A stretch of DNA of 64,000 nt, from contig CM052817.1 of assembly GCA_028534125.1 (NCBI GenBank), positions 8,248,001 through 8,312,000 of the forward strand, in the 5' to 3' direction. The notes below the pieces were generated by a model, which saw only the letters and a program-made list of their open reading frames with translations, was not told the DNA's origin and made no database searches. Every line of letters begins with the position of its first letter. The stretch's first letter is position 1. The translations under genes and the position numbers were made by a program. Of this stretch, positions 24,419 to 35,914 are shown piece after piece. The DNA comes from Lama glama (taxonomy: Eukaryota).

Positions 24419-24849
24419 GAGATCAACTTCTGTTTTTTCCAGAAGTTTCCAGAGGTGAAGCTGGCTTGGGAGAGCCAAACAGATGGTGTGATAGAGGTAG
24501 AAACTAGGTCCATGAACAGGTGACCAAAGCAGAGAGAAAGAGGAAAAGCGAGTGAGTGTTGACTCATTTAGGAATTGGCTCTGGGTTCCCTGATTGGATG
24601 GGGTGTAGGCTCAGGGGCTTGGCAGGTGGGGTACTGCTGTCAGGTTGTATTGCTAAATTCTGGCTCCTTTAACCACATCTCCCTTCCTTGAGGACAGACA
24701 AGGTGCCAGGGCCTGGGGTTGAATGATCTGATGTGAGGGAAGACAGAGCAGGGAGTGGATGAACTAACCCGCAAGGAGCCTGGGATGGAAGGAGCCTCTT
24801 TGTAAGGACAGAGACTGTATACATACTGTGAAGTGCATCAAGTGTTGTA

Positions 24850-25420
24850 GTCTTGGGTTCCAAGCATGATAATTTCCACATGTGTACATAGCCACATAGC
24901 CTCCTTCCTGATCAAGGTTTCCATTTCCAGCCTCCCAGGAGTTCCCCTTGTGACTCCTCCTAGTCTGTAACCTCCCCTTCTGGGGTGATCACCAGGGCAA
25001 CCAGTTGTCACACTTTGCTCGGAGTTGAGGGATTTCCTGGGATGTGGGACTTTCCGTCTTAGAACTGGGAAAGTCCTGGGGCAAACTGGGATGGGGGGCA
25101 CAGCAGCACCCACAATCTTGACGTTGGTCATTATTGATTACTTTTGCCTCGTTTCTAACTACCGTCATTCAATGGAGTCAGACATCAGCCCTTGTTTCCA
25201 TCTAGCTTCCTCTGCATAACAACACCCCTGTGTGAGTTCACTCTTCTTATGGCATGTGGCTGTTCTTTTTCAAAGCTTGATTGCTGGTTAGTGTCCATGG
25301 TGTGACTATACTGCAATTTGTCCATTTGCCTGATGAAAGGCATTTGGGCTCAGGTACTTTCTGGTGTGAATAATAAACACACTGACTAGTGTGCAAGGCA
25401 TACCTATTTTTCATTGTGAG
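24850..25420 (-). mobile_element. Old L1M 3' region, interrupted by MER94
   Basis: atcaaggtttccatttccagcctcccaggagttccccttgtgactcct; attacttttgcctcgtttctaact; ttgtccatttgcctgatgaaaggcatttggg. Confidence 0.7.
24993..25095 (+). mobile_element. MER94 hAT-Blackjack MITE
   Basis: agggcaaccagttgtcacactttgctcggagttgagggatttcctgggatgtgggactttcc...aactgggaaagtcctggggcaaactgggatg. Confidence 0.8.
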
Positions 25421-25574
25421 TTTCCTCAAACTTGCAGGAATTAGGTGGAGGGATAAATTATAAGCACTTCTGTAATCAAATGGGGGTTGGCAATCACTCC
25501 ATTTCCTTTAAATAATTTCAGGGACTAGGTTAAGAGCTTCATTTTTCAGTTTTCATGATGGTCTTATCTGGTAC

Positions 25575-25712
25575 CATAATCAGCCCCCATTTACCAGTTG
25601 AGAAAACTGAGGCATAGAGTGGTTAAGTAACTAGTATGTGCGAGAGTTACAATTTGAACCCAAGCCACCTGACCCCTGTGCCTGGTTTCTCAACCATTTT
25701 ACTCAATGCCTC
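25575..25712 (-). mobile_element. MIR SINE
   Basis: cccccatttaccagttgagaaaactgaggcatagagtggttaagtaact...atttgaacccaag. Confidence 0.85.
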
Positions 25713-26270
25713 TGCAGAAATGAACAAAATTTTATTAGGAGGGTACTCAGCCTTAGGTATCCCTGAATATAATATTGAAATCTGCATGGCCCTCTAAATT
25801 TGGAAAATTAGTGCTTTCCTGTCTATTGTAGGGTTATATGTGATTGTAGACTCTAAACTGGTGTGTACTCATAAGAAATTACAAATTTTCTTCCAGTGGT
25901 ACAACAGTCTAGCCATTCTATAGCTTCTAACTAAAGACCTGCCACCTTGTTCCCTGTGTTTAACGTACTCTGGTATTTCATGAAGTTCTCTGTACTTGAA
26001 ATATGATCGTCCCAGAGTTAAGGCATTCATCAAGTGTGTTCTGTGTTTCACACAGCTGGATGCTTTGAAGGGCGTGACAAAGACAGAAAAAGATCACATT
26101 TTCATTAGCAGAGTGAAAATGAGTGTTTCCCTCACGGTGCTCCTGAGAACACCGAGGCCCTGGTTGCCCTCAGATGGGAGGAAGCTCTGTCCCCAAGTCT
26201 CTAGTGCCCGGGGGGTCTGGAGAGAAGGGACATGTGAGCGATTTGGTGGAATGGAGTTAATTAGTACCAC

Positions 26271-26358
26271 CTTTAACTGAATTGTTTTCCAGGTAAGTCA
26301 AGGCTAAAGGTGAAGTGGGCAGGTAACTTGAGTAATTGCTTCATTTCAAGGGTGAGTC
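26271..26358 (+). other. Candidate recursive splice site (YAG|GTAAGT) with downstream donors
   Basis: ctttaactgaattgttttccag|GTAAGT at 26292/26293; further donors CAG|GTAACT (26322) and AGG|GTGAGT (26351). Confidence 0.25.
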
Positions 26359-26769
26359 ATTTCTAGCCCGAGGCACCAGATCCAGATTTCAGTTTGATGT
26401 CATCACATTCTTCTAGCAGCTTCTGCTTTAGCACAGAGATTAATTTCCATCCTGGTTGGTCTGAGTGATGAAATCATTCTGTGAGATGTTCAGAGGTTTA
26501 ACAATTAGAGCAGATGAAGATCTGTGAATAATCCAAGTTTCAAAGGACTGTGGCTGTTAAACAATGGCCTGATGAACAGTAGGTAGTAACTCAAAATCAA
26601 CATTCATCTCAGAAATCTGAGTTCACCTCTGCTATGTCTGTTTCCTCTCTTCTTAGCTTTCTCTTCCTTCTGTCTGACTCCCTTCCATTTCTTCCATACT
26701 TCTCTGGCTTTCTCCTACATTCACCAACTGGCCACATGTATAATGCAAGCATTGACCCGAAGATATTGA

Positions 26770-27300
26770 GGGCAGCCTCCGTGTTCTGCAGATGAGGACG
26801 CTGGGGCACAGGCTCAGGAAGGGATTAGAAGCAGAGTCAGAGTGGGAACTTGGCATTTGTGATTCTCTGTTCCATATTCTTATTTAGTATTTTCCAAAAG
26901 TATTTAAAATATTGATTATTTTATCTTGTTGTAAGATAGATACATGGCCCTTGTAAAACATGTTCTCAACTATAGAAGACTTTGAAGTGCCCTGGTGCCC
27001 TGTCTATCCTCTAGGAAGGGGGACGTGGTTAAAGGAGCCAGAATTTAGCAATACAGCCTGACAGCAGCACCCCACCTGCCAAGCCCCTGTGTATTTCCTC
27101 CCAGTCTCTTTTCCATTCAAATCAACAGAAATTACATATATTCTAAAGAAATAAGATGCTATTGTTGAGGCACTTTGGGATCTTGACTTTTGTGTTTAAC
27201 TCTCATTAGCATTGTCTCATGGCCTTAGATATTCTGGAAAATATGCCCTTAAAGAGGGCTTGCTACTCCAATCTGTGGCTGTACCAGAATTTAACCACTT
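26770..27300 (-). mobile_element. MIR fragment followed by very old L1ME4-type fragment
   Basis: ttctgcagatgaggacgctggggcacag; then tacatggcccttgtaaaaca, ttgacttttgtgtttaac, atctgtggctgtaccagaatttaacca. Confidence 0.5.
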
Positions 27301-27959
27301 GTGGAATGAAATTCCCGGTTTTTGATTTAAAAAGCAGGTGAGGGAGATAGTTTATATCCCAAGGGGGAAAAGGGAGATGAACAATTCAACATGAGTTGCT
27401 TTTTGCTCAAAGCTCTCAATTGATTTCTCCTTCTGTGGGTCAGAGACACTCACAAAAGAGAAAAGGATGGTTCTGTACTCTGATAGTGTTGATTTAATTA
27501 CCATCTTTGTCTAGAGGCTTCCTTCACTCTTCTCCTCTTCCTGCACCAGTGGAGAAGCCACTTCATTCTGTGCCTTTTCTCCTGTAGTCAATGTCATCCT
27601 AAAATCCAGTCACTTGCTCCTGCTGCCCGCAGTATGTTGATCCCTCCCCACCTCCTCCTCTCCCTACACTGGCTTTGCTCAAAATCCTCCTGAAGCAGAA
27701 AAAGTGCCTGCTGGGCACTTGCAAAGCATTGCCAGAGAAGGCAAAGAGAAGCTTTCTCACTGAAGATGGTACTTTACAGTTTATGAATCTTTACCTGCTC
27801 TGGGAAAGGTAGAGAGAGAATGCTCCTGAGGTCCCAGGAGACTCAGCAATGTTGCAGTCACAAATTGGACCCAGTTTTTGGAATTCTTTTCCATTGCAAT
27901 GATGAGACAGTATATGAAACACAGACTTTGATGGCAAACAGACCTCTGCTTGAATTGCA

Positions 27960-28150
27960 CCTTTGCCCTAACTTGTGGGATGCTGGATGGATAATTCATG
28001 GAAATCACCTGTGCCTCAGTTTCCTCATCTGTGACTCAGGGATAATCATAGGTTCTGACTCATAGGCTTGGACAAGGATTTAAAAAGGCATAATACACCT
28101 GAGGAGGTCAGCACGGTGTCTGGAATGTCAGGGAGTAACAAATGGTGGCA
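27960..28150 (+). mobile_element. MIR SINE
   Basis: cctgtgcctcagtttcctcatctgtgactcagggataatcatagg...aggatttaaa. Confidence 0.85.
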
Positions 28151-28261
28151 AAAACCATCACTTACCCCACCCGCCTGGCTTTGTTGTTTCCACATTCAAA
28201 GGTCAACATTTATCTTCTCAATGAATAACAGAAAATTAAAATTAAAGTGACAGCCTTGAGA

Positions 28262-28303
<42 letters not shown>

Positions 28304-28381
28304 CTACTGAATCACTATGCTGTACACCAGAAATTAACACAACATTGTAAACTGACTATACTTCTATTAAAAAAAATTTAC
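28262..28381 (+). mobile_element. Minimal (120 bp) camelid-type L1 3' tail carrying (TG)17
   Basis: actgaatcactatgctgtacaccagaaattaacacaacattgtaaactgactatacttc plus A-tail; 18-bp TSD aaagtga(c/t)agccttgaga at 28244-28261 and 28382-28399. Confidence 0.92.
28267..28300. repeat. (TG)17 microsatellite
   Basis: Perfect TG run inside the L1 tail. Confidence 0.97.
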
Positions 28382-28544
28382 AAAGTGATAGCCTTGAGAT
28401 GATCTCTTACACATAAACATAAAATAAAGCATGTCTGGGTTTAAACTGAGGGGTGAGAAGTGAGAGCCTTCATTACTGCAACTGGATGCGGAGCTGGAGA
28501 TTGAGTTTGAGAACATCTTACTAAATGCACTTAGAGCAAGGCAC

Positions 28545-28662
28545 TTTTTTGGTGGGGGGAGGTAATTAAGTTTATTTATCTTAAATGGCAGTATTGGGGA
28601 ATTGAACCCAAGACTTTGTGCATGCCAGGCATGCACTTTACCACTGAGCTATACTCTCCCCC
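28545..28662 (-). mobile_element. tRNA-derived camelid SINE (Vic-1 type)
   Basis: Reverse complement ggggagagtaTAGCTCAGTGGtaaagtgcatgcctggcatgcacaaagtcttgGGTTCAATTCCcc (Pol III A and B boxes), taattacctcccc tail; perfect 13-bp TSD tagagcaaggcac (28532-28544, 28663-28675). Confidence 0.9.
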
Positions 28663-29340
28663 TAGAGCAAGGCACCTTTAGGTTTTCCTTTTCTAGGTGC
28701 TTACAGGCCTAGGAAGTGCTGTGGTCTCTGACAATAAGTCTGCATCCTGCCCCCTGAGCTTCCTGGACCATGGCCCATTTCTGGGAATCTGCATGACGGA
28801 GCTTCCTGGTCCTGGGCGGCCAACAGGCTGCCCTTCCGCTTTGGAACCTGGTTGGAGCTGTCACATCCACTCACAAGGACCATAGGTGACCTTCATTCCA
28901 CACCTCAGGATGTTCTCTGTGAGCCCAGTGTGGGTGTCCCCGGTGTTGAAGCAACGTTCTGTGCTCTGGAGAACAATTTAGAGTAATATCTGCTCGTAAA
29001 CACGGCCGCTTCCTCCGAAAAGTGATGCATTAGCAGGTGGGCTGGCTGCTTGGCTGCTCTTTCAGGCTGAACAGCAGCGACGTCTGAATCACCTTCCGGA
29101 AGCACCTTGTGGCAATTTGCTAATTATTTTTATGATGCCAGATCAGCAACAGAGGGGGCCTTCTGGATCTGCTCTTCCTCCTCCGCCGCAGGACAGGAGA
29201 GATCATTTTTCAAAGGAGTTTGAGCTCCCAGCCCGCCGGGCACAGGAGGCCCTGAACCCTGGCCGAGTTGCTGTGTGTTCCTTTCTCTCTGGATTTCCTT
29301 GTCCCACACCTGGGATTTTGTCCTCCTTGGAATGGGAACG

Positions 29341-30184
29341 TGTTTTCTAGTTTTCTAGGGCTGTTACAACAAAGCACCACAAAGTAGGTGTATTCAAATG
29401 ATAGAAATTTATTCCCCCACAGTTCTGAAGGCTCGAAGTCCAAGGTCATGGTGTCAGCAGGGTGCTCTCTCTGGAGGCTCCAGGGGAGAGGCTGTTCACG
29501 CATTTCTCTTGGCTTCTGGGGTTGCTGGTCATCCTTGAGGTTCGCTGGCTTGTGGATGCCTTCCTCCAGTCTCTGCCTCCATCGCCCGTGGTGCTTTCCC
29601 TGCGTGTGTGTGTCTCCTCTTCTTATTAAGACACTATCTCCAAATAAGGCCACATTGTAAGGCACTGGGGTTAGGGTTCCAACTTATGTTAGGCGGAGGG
29701 ACACAATTCAAATTATTATTTATTTAATTAGTTTTTTTTCTGAAGTATCGTCGATTTACGATGTGTTAATTTCTGGTGTACTGCAGAGTGACTCACATAC
29801 ATATATGTATATATACATTCCTTTTCATTTTTTTGTTACAAGCTATTACAAGATATTGAATATAGTTCCCTGTGCTCTACAGTAGGACCTTGCTGTTTAT
29901 CAATTTTATATACAGTAATTAGCATCTACAAATTTTGAACTCCTAATTTATCCCTCTCCATTCCCTTTCCCCCCGGTAACCATAAGTTTGTTTTCTATGT
30001 CTGTGAGTCTGTCTCTGTTTGTAAAGAAGTTCATTTGTGTCCTTTCTTTTTTTTTAATTCCACATGTAAGTGATATTATATGATGTTTTTATTTCTCTTT
30101 CTGACTGACTTCACTTAGTATGACGATCTCCAGGTCCATCCATGTTGCTGCAAATGGCATTATTTCACAATTCAAGTTATAACA
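29341..30184 (-). mobile_element. MLT1C-type MaLR solo LTR, interrupted near its end by an L1
   Basis: tagttttctagggctgttacaacaaagcaccacaaa...gggacacaattcaa [L1] gttataaca; 5-bp flanks gaacg/gaagg. Confidence 0.88.
29717..30165 (-). mobile_element. Camelid/artiodactyl-type L1 3' end
   Basis: ctattacaagatattgaatatagttccctgtgctctacagtaggacc...tccaggtccatccatgttgctgcaaatggcatt; TSD cacaattcaa(a/g)ttat at 29702-29716 and 30166-30180. Confidence 0.9.
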
Positions 30185-30954
30185 GAAGGTGTCAAAGGGC
30201 ACTTCATTTAGGAAAGCTTGGGGTATGATTTCTAACTGTTGGTCAGGCCTGAGACTGGTTAGGAGCTGCTTTAAGTGTCCGCTTTGCAGGTAGGAAGAGG
30301 GGGCTCAGCTCCGAGCTCACACTAGTGTGTGCACGTGTGTTTACAAGTGTGCCCTCTGTTGAGAGACCTTTGTTCGGTGAGCACAGCTCTCTTAGGATTC
30401 TAACAAGATCACAGTGTTCCAACAAATATAGAAACAGAGGCTTCCCACCTCCTTACGGAGTCACAAGACTCAAACGCTTGAGGCACCCTCGTTCTGGTGG
30501 TGCCTCTTCTGAGACGAAACCCTGTTTCGGGCCTGAGGGAATACATTTATGGGGTCGCATTAAAATTACCACAGAGAAGTTAAAACTCTGGAGTTAGTCA
30601 TTTCAGAGAAGCCCGAACTCTTTTAACTAAACAGGGCAGCTTTGAAATTTAATGGAAAGCTCACAAGCTGTAATATAATGTGAAATCCTTTATTCCTTAT
30701 AGTAATTTCATGAAAAGTCAGGCATTTCTGTGCTGACTTTCATCTGAAGGGCCTCAAATCCCATGCTGATTATGCTGTCCATGGGGCTCCGATTCCCTGC
30801 CCCTGTTTCTTCCTGATTTCCAAGTCCTGTGGAGGTTCAGCCTCTCTGGGGTCCAGGTTCTGAAGGGTTTTGAAGGGCTATGTGTGGTAACAACTCTCCT
30901 TAAATGAGATGTTTGGGGATTTTGAGAATTTCTCTTCCTGATTGATATCACAAG

Positions 30955-31640
30955 GAAATATCTGGCACAGTAGAAAGAAATGTGGATTTGCAACTAGCTG
31001 TGTGAATCTCAGTTTCCTCAACTGGAAAAATGAAGCCTTTGGACCTAGGACTTTGGACTTAGGACTTCTGAGGTGGTCTTCCGAGTCTAAACTTCCAGGA
31101 GCACTCTGGTTCACAATGACTTTTTAAAATTGCTTGAAAATGTTGATCAGGAAGTTAACTGTGCTTTTAGGGAACTGTCTGTGACTTGGCATTCTGCTCA
31201 GGCTCTGCTGACAAACATCTTCTGTTGTGTGAAGGATTTCCCTAGTATATTTGACCCTCATGTTCTCCAGGCTTGTCAATGCCTGTAGCACAGCAGTGAC
31301 CTTGCAAAAAGAAACAACCACTTTGCATTCTTCCTGCCAGTGTTCTTGCTCCCTAAAGGCTGTCCCGGAGATTACTGCTGACGGCTACGGCCCAATGTGA
31401 TCCCTAATATTTGGAAAGCTCTTTATACTTTTCACAATGAATTCGTGAACATTCCTTTATTTAATCTCCACAATAGTCTGGAGGCGAGCTAGACTGGCAT
31501 TATTATTCTCCTCTGAAGAATGAGGAAACCAAGCAACATTGAGCCAACATCACCTTAACAAGGTCACAGAGGAAATTAGTGGCAGAACAAGGGCTGGAAT
31601 ACAGATTTTCTGGCTTCTAGTTCAAGTTTTCTTCCACTCT
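30955..31640. mobile_element. MIR3-like (+, 30955-31110) and MIR (-, 31400-31640) fragments
   Basis: tctcagtttcctcaactggaaaaatgaag...ttggac; gaatgaggaaaccaag...caaggtcacagaggaaattagtggcagaac. Confidence 0.7.
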
Positions 31641-32099
31641 ATTACATTTAAACTGAACTGTTCAGATGAGGAAGAGAAAGGCCTTAACATCGACACCTAC
31701 TATGTGCTGGAAATGATATTAGACAGGATTCAAACCACCATCTATTTGATTTCAGTGACTAAATTCTTTTCATTACCTAATACTTCTTCCTTGATGGCTG
31801 GAAACAAAATTTAAGAACCAAGTGTCATTGTACGAAGTAGATCAAATTAGTTTGGTTTTATAGGCAGCTTGAACTCTCCTGATTGTGATGGACTAGTGTG
31901 CTTAAAGATGCAAATAGCCCTGGGCTGGGTTCAGTCTCCTTGGCATCACCCAGGGAGAGGCTATGGGAGATGAGTCTGGAGTGAGGATAGCCGCACTGGG
32001 AGCATGCTGCTTCTACATGGGAGATGGCACAGGAAGATGCGAGGAGCCAGGAATGTCACTGTCCCCTCTCCTGAATGGCTGGTGTGATGTTTAGAAATA

Positions 32100-32413
32100 C
32101 AGTTGTCCCTCAGTCTCTATGGGGGATAGGTTCCAGGACCCCCTGAGGATATCAAAATTGGCTGATGCTCAAGTCCCTTATAAAAAATTGCATAGCATTT
32201 GCATATAACCCACTCGAATCCTTTGATATACTTTAAATCATCTCTAGATTACTTATAATACAATGTAAATACTATGTACATAGTTGTAAATACAATGTAA
32301 ATAATTTCTGGCATGTGGCAAATTCAAGTTTTGCCTTTTGGATCTTTCTGGAATTTTTTCCCTAATATTTTCCACCTGCAGTGAATGAACACAGGGATAT
32401 GGAGGGCCAGCTG
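32100..32413 (+). mobile_element. MER2/MER2B Tigger MITE
   Basis: TA flanks on both sides; TIRs cagttgtccctc / gagggccagctg; ggttccaggacccc, gatgctcaagtcccttata, tactttaaatcatctctagattacttataata. Confidence 0.92.
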
Positions 32414-33037
32414 TACCAGGAATTCCCTGTGGATGCTCTTAAGCCCTCCTCCCCGATGGCTGGACCTACAATTATATCTCTAGGGACTGACCTCAAGGAA
32501 GTATTGCCAAATATTTATGCCTGCCTTGTTTTCCTTACTGGCTGTTGTGAGTATCAAATGAGATGATGTATGTAATTGTGCGGTGGAAATACAGCCAGCT
32601 GGTCACAATAAGAAAACAATACAGTGTTTTCCTGAGAGAATGGACTTGGGGTGTAAAAGCTGGTCTGCCACTTACTAGTTCCGGGTTCCTGGGCAGGTGC
32701 CTTATCTAATTGGGCTCTGGTTTTCTCATCTTTCCTGATGGTGGTTCTGAGGCTTCAGTGGGGTGGTCTCTTTGCAATCCCAGGCCCAGTGCCTCTGTTT
32801 TTTCTACATCCATCCCCAGTAAGAAGCTCCCCTGTCTTGTCACTTCTCTTTTGAATTAATGACTTGATTCCTGTTAAAGTATTCTGAAAAAAGAAACATT
32901 TTTTTCTTTGAAAAAGGAAATTTTTTTCTGAAGTGGCTTATGCCCCTGAGGAACACAGGATCTGCAAACATAATAGTTTTCTTTAAAAAAAAAACAAGTT
33001 TTCAAAGTTATTTCCTCACATCAAACTTCAACAGCAT

Positions 33038-33546
33038 GTAGTTTATTAGTTCTTGTATATACTCTGCCTGAAGAGTATCTCTTCCTTCTGGGAACTCTCC
33101 TCCCTCTCTCCATGTATTTCTGGTGGGATGGGCAATCATGTGGCTCTGACTTCGCTGCCATAGCAACTGGTCCAGGGATGGCCATGTGACCCTAGAACAG
33201 CCAGTCATGGTCTTTGCTTGAGTTTGCTGTGGTCACTGGCAGATAAGGAGCAGCATTCTTCTCTCAGAATGATAGCTGTGAGCAAGGCCAAGCTGGGAGC
33301 TGCTGGTGGATCTCTCTCATGCTTTGTGCAGAGACCCTTCTGAGGATGACACCCCCATCGTGGAAAGCAGAACATTCGAGAGATTCCTGATGGCATATCT
33401 GAACCTCCATATCTCACCTCCGTATCTGAACAACCCTTCCTTTGTTCTGACTGCTCAGCAACTTGGAACAAGAACCTTCTTTATGGTTGAAGCTAGTTTA
33501 AATTGGTTTTCTGCCATTTTTAACTGACAAAACCCTAATGAGTACT
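33038..33546 (+). mobile_element. MLT1K/L-type MaLR LTR
   Basis: tggtccagggatggccatgtgacc; ctgggagctgctggtgg; ggaaagcaga; end ttgaagctagtttaaattggttttctgcca...ccctaatgagtac. Confidence 0.75.
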
Positions 33547-33609
33547 TGGAAAGGCTGAAGGAGCCCAGAGTCCTGGGTGTCTCAGGGAGCAGGTAGTGAA
33601 GGGGTCCCT

Positions 33610-34295
33610 GTGGAAAGCAGTCAAGATGTACCACTAGCTTGGCCTAACTCACGATGGCCAGGAGCTGGCTTGCTTTGCAGAACAGATTTGCATAGAGAAT
33701 TCAGGGCATACACATTGACTCACGATGTCCAACGTAGCTCTAAGAATGACAGATGTTTTTGAAGAGTCTGGCTCCAGGCTGGGATCCTACACGTGATCTT
33801 CTAGGCCTGACCAAAGGCAATCACCAGGCTTTATCCAGCAGGCCTCCTGGAAGGGGGAAGCTGCCCTCCTTACACCAGACTTGCATTGCTATTTTCTGGG
33901 GAGAGATGCAGCCGAAGATCAGAACCCCTGGAGCAGCATATCTGCATTCCTAGGCACACACTTCCATTCAGTGGCCTCTTTACTGGGGGCCTTTGCAGGG
34001 GTACCTTTCTCTACTTTGACTCAGTACCTGTCTCTAGTCCCCCCTCTATCTCTCTGGCCCACAGGTCCATAAGGAGGTAGAAGCCTTTTATTCAGAGCAT
34101 CCCTTCCACCTGTGCTGAGTCCACCTGACCCTCGCCTGGTGCCATTCTGTGGGAAAATATGGAGCAGTGGAGAGCCAGCCTTTCTTTTTCACCTCTTGCT
34201 CGCATTGTTGCAGTGAGTGAATAAAGCCTCGCTTGTTACTTTCAGTTTGGCGCATTGTCCTAATTGACCACCTGGACACCTGGAAGCACAGCAGT
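33610..34295 (+). mobile_element. ERVL-class solo LTR (MER54/MER73/MER88 group; family uncertain)
   Basis: Starts tgtggaaagcagt; U3/R/U5 layout with AATAAA at 34220 followed by gttactttcagtttggc...ttgtcctaattgaccacc. Confidence 0.6.
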
Positions 34296-34382
34296 TTTGC
34301 ATTCATTTCTCTGGATTCTTCTAAACAGTGTTATGCATAATTATCCAGGCTGGCCAGGGACATAGGAGCATGATGAGAGTGA

Positions 34383-34720
34383 GTGGATCTCAAACTCCAA
34401 CGCAGAATTTTCAACCCCAGCTGTTCATTTTAAAATATGGATGCTCAGGTCTTATCCCAAACTAGTTATATCGGTATGTTTGTGAATGGAGCCCAAGGAT
34501 GGTATTTTTAAAGCTCCAGGTGATTCTAATAGTAGCCAAGGTTGTGAACACTGCTTTAATGGACATCTAAATCATTAATCTGAGAGATGAATAGCAGAGG
34601 TTCATGAGTTCTCCTTAACCTACTGGATGAGAAGCATATAGGGATGGATCCTGGGGATCTGAGTCCAGGTGATTCTGATACAGGTGGTGACTAATTTGAG
34701 GATGGTTGAAAAATATTGGT
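34383..34720 (+). mobile_element. Two MER5-family hAT MITE fragments
   Basis: tttaaagctccaggtgattctaatagtagccaaggttgtgaacactg; second ccaggtgattctgatacaggtggt...gaaaaatattg. Confidence 0.7.
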
Positions 34721-34884
34721 CCAGCATATGAGTGTATGTGTAGGTGTGTGTGTGTCTGTGTTTGTACGTGCATGTACTTGCCTGTTGGAGGGGAGTACCC
34801 AGGGAAAAAGAAAGCAAAGAACCAAGAATCCAAAGAATTAACCTCAAAATAACTATATTCATCCACTCATCCATCTGTCCAGGT

Positions 34885-35500
34885 TGGGTGGCAGTGCAGT
34901 GCAACAGTGAAGAGCGTAGGACCCCATCAAAAACATGTGAATCCTAGTTGTGCCAATTGTGAGTTCTGTTTCCTTGGGCAAATTTTGTAACCTCTGTCAG
35001 CCTCAGTTTCTCCATCTGAAAAATGGGAACAGATATCTATCTTCTTGCAGGTTGTCATAACATTTAAATAAATAATATTTGTAGTGGATATAGCATATGC
35101 TTAGAACTTCACTGTCCAATATGGTAGTCACTAGCCATGTGTGGTTAATGTGGCTAGTCCAAATGGAGATATTTTGTGGATAGAAAATACACAGTCAATT
35201 TTAAAGATCTAGAATAAAAAATAAGAGAATGTAAAATGTGTCATCAAGAATTTAAAAATATTGAAATTATAATTTTTTGGATATGTTAGATTGAAATGAT
35301 AATCTTAGATATTTTAAATATATTGGGTTAAGTAAAACATATTATTGAAATTAGGTTTAACTGTTTCTTTTTTTACTTCTTTAAATGTAGCTGCCACAAT
35401 GTTTAAAACCAATGTGTATGGCTTACGTTGTATTTCTGTTGAACAGTGTTGGCCTAGAACACAGTAAACTCTCAGTGAATGTTAAATATATTATTGTTAT
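34885..35500 (+). mobile_element. MIR SINE split by MER33
   Basis: ccttgggcaaattttgtaacctctgtcagcctcagtttctccatctgaaaaatggga; tail acagtaaactctcagtgaatgtta resumes at 35460. Confidence 0.85.
35107..35451 (+). mobile_element. MER33 hAT-Charlie MITE
   Basis: ctgtccaatatggtagtcactagccatgtgtgg...tatttctgttgaacagtgttg; 8-bp TSD gcttagaa/gcctagaa. Confidence 0.9.
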
Positions 35501-35914
35501 TGGTATTGTTTTATGTATTTAATTCAGAAGCAGTTAGTGGACACTTGCTGTGAGAGAAATAAGCATCAACCATCAATCCGATAGTTAAGGCAAGCAAAGT
35601 AATCATAAGGGTGTGGGAAGTGATTTACTCCTAGGAGCTGGGGGTGTGTGTGACATAGTCCATATTTCTAAAACAAATGCAAGATGAGATGCAGCATCAT
35701 TCCTAGAACCTCACAAATTGTGGTGATCGCCTCAGGTACCCCAAAGCTTACATACTGCCTAGTGACGAGGAGGTGTGTTAGAGAGGGCACCAGAACTGAA
35801 GAACGTCATAGAGCCAGCAAACTATTTAAAGAAACTTAATTCTAATACACATCACGAAGCCATATTTCTCCCCTTCCTGACGCTACAAAGAAAAGAATCA
35901 AGGCTGGTCGGGGA

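Noticed and set aside
28545..28662. tRNA gene (A and B boxes present)
   Set aside because: Has a SINE tail and TSD and a second copy at 52936; it is a tRNA-derived SINE
29210..29665. 151-aa minus-strand ORF
   Set aside because: Lies almost entirely in an MLT1C LTR
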